A DNA stretch of 64,000 nucleotides from an uncultured delta proteobacterium (GTDB lineage Bacteria > Desulfobacterota > Binatia > UBA9968): assembly GCA_963745835.1 (NCBI GenBank), contig CAVUZH010000016.1:448001-512000 (forward strand), written 5' to 3'. Each line of letters begins with the position of its first letter. Positions within the stretch are counted from its first letter, which is position 1. A program made the position numbers and the translations under genes. Of this stretch, positions 39,847-49,434 are shown in pieces. A model generated the notes under the pieces. That model saw only the letters and a program-made list of their open reading frames with translations, was not told where the DNA came from and did not search any database.

Positions 39847-42547
39847 TCAGCGCTTGACCGCTTTTGCTCGATTCTCCTCGCCGGCGGCTGCAGCCGTTGC
39901 AGCGGTCGCGCCGCCACTTCTTCCTAAGCTCATCACATAATCGCGTAGCGCTTCAATCTGTCTGTCATCTTTTCCGCCCAGGATATCGTCGGGGCCTCCC
40001 GGATAAAAAGACGGCATTTTCGTGCCCGGTTGAATCTTCTGCGGATCCTGTATCCATTTGATAATCCAGTTGGGATTCAACCGCTGCCGGGCCATAGCTA
40101 GGTCGGGAGCCCATCCTTCAGGCGGACCCTCCGGATTCTTGCCGCCGCGCACGTGACAACTGAAACAATTGAAATATTCCTCGGAGACCAGCTTGCGAGC
40201 GGCGTCTAAATGGTCGGGTGGAACCATTCTTTCATCGAAGTACGCAAACGGGTTTTCGACTCTTGAGAGCCCATTGAAATAATTGATCAACTGCGTCGTA
40301 TGCTGGTCCGACAATCCAAACGTGGGCATTCTTATGTCCAACCACGGCCTCAAGGTAAACGGCGCCTTGAGAAAACCGAATAGCCATTGCGATTGAACCT
40401 TCTCGCCTTCGCCGTTTAGCTGCGGCGGAGCCGCCGCCGTGTTTTCGCCGTAGTATTTCTTAACAAACCCGCCTCGATTTTCAATCTCATGGCAGCCGAC
40501 GCAGTTATACTGCTGCATCAATCTTCGGCCTTCGACCACTTGGGTGACGCGCTGTCCCTGGTCCGCCAGGTAGCGCTGCCCCACTTTTCGTTCTCTGAAA
40601 CCACTCAGTAAAACTCGCAGCGCGTTAATGTCCTCGTCGGCCAAATTGAATTGCGGCATGAGCTGTTCGACTCGCTCGGTGGCATAGCCGCGGGGTGTTT
40701 TTATTTTGTGGAACGTCCAATCATCCCAAGTATGGGGTACATCAGTACGATTACCGAACGCCAACTCTTCCACCGTCTTCGAACCAAAGGTGGTCAGTTC
40801 AACACCGATGCGGGACTCCTTTTCCATGCCTTTTATATCGTGGCAGCCAGGGCAGCCATACTTGCGAACCAGCGCTTCACCGCGTTTTATATTGTTGGCA
40901 TCGGCAAGTTTTTCTTCGATCCCAGGGATGGTTTCGCCCTTCGCGCCTAGAGTCGTCAAGTAGGTCGTGATCGCTCGCGCTTCCTCATCGCTGAGCCGCA
41001 AGCTGGGCATCTTCGTCTCAGGCTCAAAACCGCGGGGATTTTTAATCCAATGGAAAATCCACTGCGGCCCGGTCTTGGCAGCGATATCCTTGAGGTTGGG
41101 TATAAGATCTTTAGTTTTACCGAGCGGGGTGCTGAACTCGCCTTCGGCAAAGCCGTGGCAGCCTTTGCAACCGATGGTTTCCACCAGCTTCTTGCCCCGA
41201 GCGGCCTCATTGTTATCTCCCTCGCGAATACCCGCAGGAAGCGGATTTTCCTTGAGCCACGTTTCACTCTCTTCCTTGGACTGTGACCAGATATAAGCCG
41301 AGATCGCCAGCGCTTCGTCCGGCTTGAATTCGAAATTCGGCATGCGCGTGCGCGGCCGGAATTTGTGCGGGTTTTCCACCCACCGCACCATCCAGTTCGG
41401 GTCGACCTTCGCGCTGATCTTCTTCAGGCTCGGCGCGATCTTTGGAATGTCCTCGTATCCTTGAACCAAATGACACCCGGTGCAGCCGACTTGTTCAAAT
41501 AAGCGTTGGCCTTCCGTCAGCAGCGGGACGTCTTGAAGCTTTTGCACATCCAGATGGCAAGACGTGCAGCTTGATTGGCTTTTCGCTCCGCGCAATAACG
41601 GGAACTCCCAGAGATGAACCTCGCCATGCGCTTGCTTGACGCCGTTAACCATGACGCCCTGCCCTTCATGGCAACCGGTGCAACCGAACTTTTCAGGCGG
41701 ATGGGCGCTGTCGGCCAATAAGACCTCGCGTCGCGGGTGGGTTTTGAACGGATGAGGCTCGTTTTCGAAACCAGCGCGGTTGATCGCCAAATGGCAAGTT
41801 TGACAGCGGTCGACCCGCGCAATCGGCTGATCGAAGCGATTACGGTCGAATTCCTCCATTACGGTTTGTTGGATCTTGGGAATTTTGTAGAAAGACAATG
41901 GACCGAGCTTGAAGGTCGCGTTCTCCTTCACCCGTTGCCATCGATCGCGGTCGGCGCTTAATTTGGTGAGTTCAGTCTGAATCTCCTTATTGCTCGAATT
42001 GATCTTCTTGATCTCTTCTCTGAGGTGATCGCGCTTTTGGCGCGCGGCTTCCAACTGCGGATCGAGTTTCGCTTTCTCTTTTTCAAGCTCCTGAATATGC
42101 TGCTGCGTAAGGCTTGGGGTCTCGTCTTTGCTGAATCGCGTGATCGTGTTCGTACCAGGCTTCTTCGAGCTCGCTCTTGATGAATTTCACCTCCTGATCG
42201 ATTTCTCCGAATCGAACGGTGGCTTCGGTTTCCTGCCTCTCCAAGGTTGCAAGCTTTTCGCCCAACTCGCCGTCCTCGATGCTGGCCTGGAAAGCGGCTA
42301 ATTTCTTGGTTAGCTCCTGGTAGGCGGGATCGGCCTGAAGCTTCTTATTTTCTTCCTCCTACGCCGCTTTGGCTTTGTTATAATCGAGCCGAAAAAACTG
42401 CGACTGAAAAGCTTTCCACGGTCGACGCGTGATATTGTCATCCCAAAACGCCCAGATCGACAAAGCCACGAGTAAGGCTATGCCGAGTAAAAATACGCTG
42501 CCGTAGGATTTCTTTTCTTCCTGTGGGTCGATTCCTCGTTCCGCCAT
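39847..42547 (-). CDS. Membrane-anchored octaheme cytochrome c (about 900 aa) with an in-frame TAG at 42359-42361 and a frameshift near 42105
   Basis: N-terminal TM, coiled coil and eight CxxCH motifs (CQTCH, CTGCH, CTSCH, CTGCH, CKGCH, CPGCH, CVGCH, CFSCH). Confidence 0.9.
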
Positions 42548-42557
42548 CGCGACTCCC

Positions 42558-42725
42558 TCAAGCGACCTTGCGCTCTAGCGCGCGGCCCAAAGAAAAAACC
42601 CCAAGGCCGATCAGTGCCAAAACAATTTCTTCGGCCATCGATGAATTCTTCATAATACCCGTAAGCAAGGCATAGCCCACATCTGCCAGACCCAGCGCTT
42701 GCAGAATCTTAGCAACATAGAACAT
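42558..42725 (-). CDS. 55-aa two-TM protein inside the Rieske/b operon (below the ORF-track cutoff)
   Basis: MFYVAKILQALGLADVGYALLTGIMKNSSMAEEIVLALIGLGVFSLGRALERKVA; start overlaps the previous stop (TAATG). Confidence 0.7.
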   Translation of the reverse strand: MFYVAKILQALGLADVGYALLTGIMKNSSMAEEIVLALIGLGVFSLGRALERKVA

Positions 42726-43492
42726 TAAATATTAATCCAGGGGGTAACTAGAATATATTTTACGTTGAAGACTAACCGCAGAAACATTTTGGCGGGGAGC
42801 GAAAGCATCAACACGAATATCACCGCGGTCAGGGTAAACCGCACCATACCCCAGCGTTCGAGAAACTCTCTTCCTTTGAGTTTGAGAACCCAGTAGTAAA
42901 AGGCAATCAAGCCGAAGACGAAGTAGGCGCCGATGACCATCAACCCGAAAATCGCCGACCACCAGTAGTCGCGAAACCCGAATAGATAAGGCAGGTCCAC
43001 ATTGGTCAATGCGACGACCTTGTGCGCGTCCCAGTGTTGCCAAGGCCAGAACAAGTTCCATCCCGGCCCGCGGAAAAACGTGCCGATGATGATGGTGACG
43101 ATCCACAACACGTGGAATCCCAAAAAAAACGTCATAATTTCATATTTGCGATCTTTGAAACAATAATAGCCGTTTCCCTTGGGATTGATGTCGATATAGG
43201 GAATGATCATCAGGCCGACAATAATCAAGGTCGGCAGCACCACCCCGGCATGCCACGGATCGAAATAGACCAGCATCTCCTGCAAACCGAGGAAATACCA
43301 TGGAGCTTTTGAAGGATTGGGCGTCCGGGTCGGGTTAGCCGGCTCTTCAAGAGGCGCGTCGACCATCATCGCCCACAGAGTTAAAGCGACGGTGACAAAC
43401 AGCGCGACCAGAAACTCCATGCGCACGAGATGCGGCCAGGTATGGATCTTATCGTCAACCGGAAGTCTTCTCTCTCGAATGGCTTCTGCCAT
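42725..43492 (-). CDS. Cytochrome b C-terminal subunit (subunit IV/PetD-like) with extra TM helices
   Basis: TWPHL, APLEEPANPTRTPNPSKAPWYFLGLQE and IPYID; GGAG RBS before MAEAIRERR. Confidence 0.88.
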   Translation of the reverse strand: MAEAIRERRLPVDDKIHTWPHLVRMEFLVALFVTVALTLWAMMVDAPLEEPANPTRTPNPSKAPWYFLGLQEMLVYFDPWHAGVVLPTLIIVGLMIIPYIDINPKGNGYYCFKDRKYEIMTFFLGFHVLWIVTIIIGTFFRGPGWNLFWPWQHWDAHKVVALTNVDLPYLFGFRDYWWSAIFGLMVIGAYFVFGLIAFYYWVLKLKGREFLERWGMVRFTLTAVIFVLMLSLPAKMFLRLVFNVKYILVTPWINI

Positions 43493-43518
43493 TGTACTCC
43501 TCTTAGGTAAACTGCTTA

Positions 43519-44289
43519 TTATAAGGAAGGACCTGAGAAACCATCGCGGCGAATCCGCCAGAAATGCACCGCCATCAAGATGCTGGCAACCAAAGGAATG
43601 AAGATGCAATGCAGAATGTAAAATCGCAATAAGGTATGGGGACCGATCTCGCCGCCGCCGAATAGGAACGCCCGCGCATCGTAGATCGGATTGGCGCCGA
43701 CAAAGTCGGCAAACGGACCTTCATAGCCCAATAACGGCGTCGCGCGTGCCATGTTCGAACCTACCGTGACCGCCCAGATAGCAAGCTGATCCCAGGGCAG
43801 CAGATAACCGGTGAAGCTCAGCAATAGCGTCAGCACCAGCAGCAACACACCGACAATCCAGTTAAACTCCCGCGGCGGTTTGTAAGAGCCGGTCAGGAAT
43901 ACGCGAAACATATGCAGCCACACGAAAACGATCATGGCGTGCGCGGCCCATCGATGCATGTTGCGCATGAGCATGCCGAACGGCATGTCGGTCTCCAGGT
44001 ACTTCATATCCGCATAAGCGTACTCGGCGACCGGACGGTAATAGAACATTAAATAAACCCCGGTTATCACAGTCATCAAAAACATTAAGAAAGTCAGCCC
44101 GCCCATGCACCAGGTAAAGCGCATTCTGACGGCATGGCGGCGCACCTTTGCGGGATGAAGATGAAGAAAAACGTTTGAGGTAACCATCATCACGCGGTTT
44201 CGCGGGGTATCTTCATAGCCATGACGAAAGATCGACTTCCAGACGTGGCTCTCTACGATATCGCTTTTGATCTTTTCTAAAAGACTCAT
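43519..44289 (-). CDS. qcrB: Cytochrome b6-type (N-terminal) subunit
   Basis: [39 protein letters not shown]-x14-H in helix D; ends GFSGPSL. Confidence 0.93.
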   Translation of the reverse strand: MSLLEKIKSDIVESHVWKSIFRHGYEDTPRNRVMMVTSNVFLHLHPAKVRRHAVRMRFTWCMGGLTFLMFLMTVITGVYLMFYYRPVAEYAYADMKYLETDMPFGMLMRNMHRWAAHAMIVFVWLHMFRVFLTGSYKPPREFNWIVGVLLLVLTLLLSFTGYLLPWDQLAIWAVTVGSNMARATPLLGYEGPFADFVGANPIYDARAFLFGGGEIGPHTLLRFYILHCIFIPLVASILMAVHFWRIRRDGFSGPSL

Positions 44290-44301
44290 GTTTCCTATCC
44301 G

Positions 44302-44820
44302 TTAAACTTTCAAAATGCTTTCTGCATGCTGCTCATCCGGCTCCCCGCCCGGCCCCATTTTGAATACCTTGCTTTTGTCGACCACAAGTTGACCATCGTC
44401 ACCGAGGGTAATTTGAAAACGGTCCAAAGGCCGCGGCGCCGGACCTTCGAAATTCAATCCGGATTTAAAGAACCCGCTGCCGTGACAGGGGCATTTGAAT
44501 TTGGCTTCAGTGGCGAGCCAGCGCGGCGTGCAGCCGAGATGAGTGCATTTGGCGAAGATCGCGTAAATTCCAGTGTCTTCCCGAATAATCCATACGCGCT
44601 GATCCTGCTTGTATTTTTCGCTGACTTCGCCGATGGCATAGTCCGAAGGCGAGCCTGCTTTGAAAGTAGATGGTGGCTGGAACAACACACGCGGAAACGC
44701 GGAACGAAGAAAACCTAACAGGCTCAAGCCGCCGAATATTCCAAATCCGCCCCAACCCAGGCGTGTGAAAAAGTCTCTCCGGGACCAGATACCGCGCTTT
44801 TTCTTTTCCTCTTCTGGCAT
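44302..44820 (-). CDS. qcrA: Rieske [2Fe-2S] subunit
   Basis: Tat motif SRRDFF, CTHLGC, CPCHGS and GPAPRPL. Confidence 0.95.
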   Translation of the reverse strand: MPEEEKKKRGIWSRRDFFTRLGWGGFGIFGGLSLLGFLRSAFPRVLFQPPSTFKAGSPSDYAIGEVSEKYKQDQRVWIIREDTGIYAIFAKCTHLGCTPRWLATEAKFKCPCHGSGFFKSGLNFEGPAPRPLDRFQITLGDDGQLVVDKSKVFKMGPGGEPDEQHAESILKV

Positions 44821-44827
44821 ACTGCTC

Positions 44828-45175
44828 TTATCCTTTGATCCAACTGATGACTGCTCCCCAGGTTACAAAGATCACGCCGGCCAACATCAGAACCAAACCG
44901 ACCGGTCCAAAAATAAACGACAGACCTGCGCCCACACAAAAAATCAAAATCCCTGTTCCCAACGGATTGAATGGCGCCGGAGCTGACCCTGGTTGGCTCT
45001 CTTGGTCCTCAGCCTTGTGGATGAACTCCTCTCGGATGAGGGCAAATGCCAGCTCTTTAAGATCGTTGCGCTGCTCAGGGTCGGCGCCCTGAATCAGACG
45101 GCCAAGCTCTTGAGCTACCTTTTCGATCTCTTGTTCACGCGCTTGCGGCGCTAGGTTGGGCAGATTAGAAATCAC
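44828..45175 (-). CDS. Hypothetical protein with C-terminal TM hairpin, first gene of the Rieske/b operon
   Basis: Helical N-terminus and two hydrophobic segments; 7-bp gap to the Rieske gene. Confidence 0.65.
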   Translation of the reverse strand: MISNLPNLAPQAREQEIEKVAQELGRLIQGADPEQRNDLKELAFALIREEFIHKAEDQESQPGSAPAPFNPLGTGILIFCVGAGLSFIFGPVGLVLMLAGVIFVTWGAVISWIKG

Positions 45176-45241
45176 TTAAGATCAGAGCAGTTGATTAATA
45201 TAGAAAAAAAAACTTGTCAACCATTTGGCCCCTTAGAGACA

Positions 45242-45724
45242 TTATCGCGCCAATAAAACCACCGCGGTCGCGGCCATACCTTCTCCCTTTCCAGCCCATC
45301 CGAGTTCTTCGGTCGTGCTGGCTTTAATGTTGATCCTATTTTTGTCGACTTTAAAGTATCCTGCCACGTTTGTTCTTATTGCCGCGTAATGAGGCGCCAG
45401 CCTGGGTTCCTGCGCCACCAGCGTGACATCGGCGTTGATTAGTTTAAAGCGCTTGCGGCGCATCATCGCAAGAACCTCCGCCAAGAGTTTGGCGCTTTCG
45501 ATATTCTTGTAACGCGGATCGCTGTCGGGGAAGTGCGTGCCGATATCTCCTTCCGCCATCGCGCCAAGCAGCGCGTTCATCAAAGCGTGCAACAAGACAT
45601 CCGCATCGGAATGACCGATCAGCCCAAGCTTATGCGGTATCTCAACACCGCCCAGGATCAGTTTACGACCGCGCCGGAATCGATGCACGTCGAAGCCATG
45701 TCCGATGCGTATCTCCGCTGCCAT
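45242..45724 (-). CDS. ispF: 2-C-methyl-D-erythritol 2,4-cyclodiphosphate synthase
   Basis: RIGHGFDVH, GHSDADVLLHA, GDIGTHFPD and IKASTTE. Confidence 0.96.
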   Translation of the reverse strand: MAAEIRIGHGFDVHRFRRGRKLILGGVEIPHKLGLIGHSDADVLLHALMNALLGAMAEGDIGTHFPDSDPRYKNIESAKLLAEVLAMMRRKRFKLINADVTLVAQEPRLAPHYAAIRTNVAGYFKVDKNRINIKASTTEELGWAGKGEGMAATAVVLLAR

Positions 45725-45982
45725 GGTTGGGAAATCTATCCTGGCTTGCAAGCGATCACAAGAATGCCGAACTTTGAAACCCGGGAAGAATTCTGACGCC
45801 CTTGACTCGATATCAGCCGATTTGTGAGTTCCTATCGTCTCCGTGGCTCCGTAGAATGTGAAATCTGTTTACACGCGCTCAGAAGACTCAGAAGCCGCGC
45901 AGCCAAGCCTATGCCGCTTTGTCGGGGACGGCTAGCATTGGCCTATATTGATGGTTATACTCTCCCTCTGGTAAAGACCGCG

Positions 45983-46720
45983 ATGATTCTAATTTTTTCT
46001 CTGTTGTTTGTTTTGGGGCTTCCGCTCTACACGGTTCTTTCAGGACAGGTTCCCTTGGGCAGAGACTATCGAACCGCGGACCGTTCGAGTTCTGGGATTG
46101 CGCCGCCGGCGGAGACCACGCCCGAAGCGGTCGTACAAGTCTATGGCGCTCGCGCGCTTAACTGGCGCGGCATTTTTGGTGTGCATACGTGGATCGCCAC
46201 CAAGCCGCCTGATGCGACTCAATATACAATCCATCATGTTATCGGTTGGCGGGCATACCGAAATTTACCCGTGATCGTTTCCGCGCCGGGTATTCCCGAC
46301 GGACGCTGGTTTGGCAACGAGCCCGAGCTTCTCCTGGATATCCGCGGCGATGTCGCCGCCGCGGCAATCCCAAAAATTGTCCAGGCCACTGCGACTTATC
46401 CCTACGCCGATGAGTATCAACTTTGGCCAGGCCCTAACAGCAACACTTTTATGGCTTACGTCGGCCGGCAAGTGCCGGAACTAAAAATGGACCTTCCCGC
46501 CACCGCCATCGGCAAGGACTATCCGATCAACGGCTCGATGATCGATCGGGCGCCCAGCGGAACTGGTTATCAGCTTTCACTATTGGGAGTGTTTGGAATC
46601 ATGTTGGCGTGCGAAGAAGGCATCGAATTGAATCTGCTTGGCCTGAGTTTCGGCGTTGACATTCTCAAGCCCGCGCTGAAGCTACCATTCATTGGCCGCC
46701 TCGGCGTCAGCGAATTGTAG
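45983..46720 (+). CDS. DUF3750-family protein
   Basis: ADRSSSGIAP, VVQVYGAR, VHTWIA, WFGNEP, WPGPNSNTF and TAIGKDY; start uncertain. Confidence 0.75.
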   Translation: MILIFSLLFVLGLPLYTVLSGQVPLGRDYRTADRSSSGIAPPAETTPEAVVQVYGARALNWRGIFGVHTWIATKPPDATQYTIHHVIGWRAYRNLPVIVSAPGIPDGRWFGNEPELLLDIRGDVAAAAIPKIVQATATYPYADEYQLWPGPNSNTFMAYVGRQVPELKMDLPATAIGKDYPINGSMIDRAPSGTGYQLSLLGVFGIMLACEEGIELNLLGLSFGVDILKPALKLPFIGRLGVSEL

Positions 46721-48203
46721 AGGCGCGCGCCGGCTTCGACCGATTATTCTCCACCGATAACGCGCTAATCACCGCGCCGACAACACAGAGCGCAGCCCCA
46801 GTCAAAAAGGCATAACGGAATCCTTCCATAAAGGCCGGCAGGACCGCTCCGGCGCCGATGCTTGTGGCGTTCTTCAGATCATCGACTGCATTTCTTCCGG
46901 TAACCGCGACCAGCCGCGCGCTGATAATTGCGGTGGCCAACGCCGTCCCGGCAGAATGACCCAGACTACGGACGACTGACAAGAAAGATGATCCCACTCC
47001 CAGCCGTTCTCTGGGAATCGAGCTCATCAGCGAATTGTTGTTCGGAGTTTGAAAGATTCCCAACCCCAATCCTAAGAGTCCTAATCTTAGAACTAAGTCA
47101 AAAGAAGACGCGTTAACCGAAACATAAGCCAGGAGAACGCAGGCAATTGCCTTGAGCGTTAAACCCACCGCCGTAAGCAAGCGAGCCGAAACCTTCTCCG
47201 AAAGCCATCCTGCTAGCGGCGCCAGCAATGCCAACGCTAATGGCGTCGGCGCGACGAGCAGCCCCGCCTGCAGCGGATCCAAGCCCATGGCGAGCTGCAA
47301 AAAGAACGGCATGACTAGATTATTTAGGCTAATAACCATGAAGCTGATCAAACGAGCGATGTTGCCATGGGTAAATGCGCGAATCTGAAAAAGTCGCAAA
47401 TCAAGCAGAGGAAAGCGGCTGCCCGCCTCCCACCAAATGAAAAAAGCTAATGTGGCCAGACCAAGACCGAGTTCGCTTAGGATCAGAACGCTGCTCCAAC
47501 CCGCACTCTGCCCTGCCGTTAGCCCCAGCAGCAAGGCGCATATAGCCAACGCGAAACTCACCGCGCCGGCAAAGTCGAAGGACTCTTTCGCGCCCCGCCG
47601 TGCCGGCTCATCGGCGTCATCGCGCAGCAGATAACACGCCGCCGCAAAACCGATAAACGACAGCAGCGAAGTCAGAAAAAAGTTGGACCGCCAGCCCAGC
47701 GCATAAGTGAGTAGCCCGCCAATCACCGGGCCCAAGGTATAGCCGAGCGCTGAAACCGTGCCGCCGGCGATTCCCATAGCGCGACCGCGCTCCTCCGGCG
47801 GAAAAATCGCCGCCACCATCGCGAAGCTGTTCGTCATAATCAGTGCGCTGCCGATCGCCTGCAGCCCGCGCAAGAAAATCAATTGCCAAGCGTCCTGCGC
47901 AAAACCGGCGATCAGCGAAGTCCCCGCATAGAGAAAGAATCCTACCCGGTAAACCTTGGCCCGGCCGATCATGTCCGAGAGTCTGCCGCAGGGAAGATAG
48001 AGGGACGCCGTCACCAGCGCATAGATCAACGCGATCCAGCCGGCCAAAGCCAGGTCGGCGTGCAAATCGGTGATAATCACCGGAAGCGCAATGCTGAGCA
48101 GCCCGATATCGGTGGTCACCATAAACGTTCCTAATGACACAACCGCCAACGACCACCACCGATGGCGCTGCGTGATCGGTTCATGACCGTGGGACGAAAT
48201 CAT
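46707..48203 (-). CDS. MFS transporter, DHA2 (14-TM) family
   Basis: GRLSDMIGR, RGLQAIG, ERGRAMG, LGPVIGG, PLLDLRLF and FQTPNN. Confidence 0.92.
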   Translation of the reverse strand: MISSHGHEPITQRHRWWSLAVVSLGTFMVTTDIGLLSIALPVIITDLHADLALAGWIALIYALVTASLYLPCGRLSDMIGRAKVYRVGFFLYAGTSLIAGFAQDAWQLIFLRGLQAIGSALIMTNSFAMVAAIFPPEERGRAMGIAGGTVSALGYTLGPVIGGLLTYALGWRSNFFLTSLLSFIGFAAACYLLRDDADEPARRGAKESFDFAGAVSFALAICALLLGLTAGQSAGWSSVLILSELGLGLATLAFFIWWEAGSRFPLLDLRLFQIRAFTHGNIARLISFMVISLNNLVMPFFLQLAMGLDPLQAGLLVAPTPLALALLAPLAGWLSEKVSARLLTAVGLTLKAIACVLLAYVSVNASSFDLVLRLGLLGLGLGIFQTPNNNSLMSSIPRERLGVGSSFLSVVRSLGHSAGTALATAIISARLVAVTGRNAVDDLKNATSIGAGAVLPAFMEGFRYAFLTGAALCVVGAVISALSVENNRSKPARASTIR

Positions 48204-48458
48204 GGGCGTAAAGAATGTGATGTGACTAAGGCGTTCCGGATGATTAACCGTGTGGTACTAAAAGGCCAGCCCATCGGTTAGAGTTGGACTTCTGCCTCGA
48301 TACTCCGGTGCAAGGTGATTTTCTACACTGACGGCTGAGGCGCGAGCTTCGGACCGGCGCAGTGGAGCTATTCACTGCCATTACTTCACTCTCCCGCGTC
48401 GCCGTAGAATCGCTCACAGCTTTGTTTTGTGGGATCGATAACGATCGCAACGCCGCGG

Positions 48459-49313
48459 TCATTGGACAACCGGCCAGCAACGCCCTTTCCTTTTCATGAT
48501 GTTCAAGGATACACCGTAGAGCTCCCGCAAAATATTGCCCTTCAGCACGCGATCCGTATTGCCACAATGAACTACCCGGCCGTCTTTCAAGATGAGAGTT
48601 TTTTTGAAGATTGGCAGAATTTCTTCGACATGATGGGTGACATAGATCAGAGCCGGGATTTTTGCCTGGCGGGCGATTCGTCCAAGCGTCGCCAAAAAGT
48701 TTTCACGCGCGCCCGGATCCATGCCGGCGCACGGCTCATCCAACACAATCAGGTAGGGCCGTGTCATGCGGGCGCGCGCGATCAATACCTTCTGCTGCTC
48801 ACCCTGAGATAAAACCCCAAACTCCTGATCGCGCAGATGATCGCAATCCATCTCGGACAAGTAGCGCCGCGCGGCGGCGTAATCCCTTTTGCCGGCGTCG
48901 CCGCCAAATTGTTCGAGAAGGCCGATCTGCGCGAACCTTCCCGATACCACAGTTCTAATGACTCTTTCGTGATTCGGTATTTGCGCCGTCAAAGTTGATG
49001 TTACCCAGCCGATGCTCTTGCGCAGTTCAGGAAGATTCGTCAGCAATCTCCCTCGCCGATACACTTGGCCGCCGGCGTTAGGCCAGATATAGCCACAAGC
49101 AATCTTTAACAGTGTGGTCTTGCCGGAACCATTGGGACCCAGAATGGCCCAATGCTCGCCGGATCGAACCGACCAGTTGATCTTCCGGAGAATTGTTTTG
49201 CCGTTGCCGACGTATGAAACATCGCGAAGTTCGAGCGCAGGAATTTCTATCACGCGGGTTAAACCTCGACACAGAACTAATGCACTTTTGCTCAAAGTAA
49301 AAGCATTCCGCAT
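48459..49313 (-). CDS. ABC ATP-binding protein (YlmA/ModF-like), orphan
   Basis: GPNGSGKT, LSQGEQQK, VLDEP and VTHH; start uncertain. Confidence 0.88.
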   Translation of the reverse strand: MRNAFTLSKSALVLCRGLTRVIEIPALELRDVSYVGNGKTILRKINWSVRSGEHWAILGPNGSGKTTLLKIACGYIWPNAGGQVYRRGRLLTNLPELRKSIGWVTSTLTAQIPNHERVIRTVVSGRFAQIGLLEQFGGDAGKRDYAAARRYLSEMDCDHLRDQEFGVLSQGEQQKVLIARARMTRPYLIVLDEPCAGMDPGARENFLATLGRIARQAKIPALIYVTHHVEEILPIFKKTLILKDGRVVHCGNTDRVLKGNILRELYGVSLNIMKRKGRCWPVVQ

Positions 49314-49434
49314 TAGCCTTGGTTTTTCTTGAGCCTGCAGTTATGTCTGCGGTAATGCTGAAGCGGTGCCGGAAGACCAACGCGAGGCAGCGTTTTTCAG
49401 TAGCCGTGGAGATTAATAGGTAAGGGAGGCATAG

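Noticed and set aside
45190-45222. Promoter for the Rieske/b operon (TTGACA on the minus strand)
   Set aside because: No -10 element at canonical spacing; the intervening T-run length is unreliable, so it is not called as a feature
48204-48458. Possible riboswitch upstream of the DHA2 MFS gene (hairpin GCAGTG-N8-CACTGC)
   Set aside because: No conserved motif of a riboswitch class I can recognise; a single short hairpin is expected by chance
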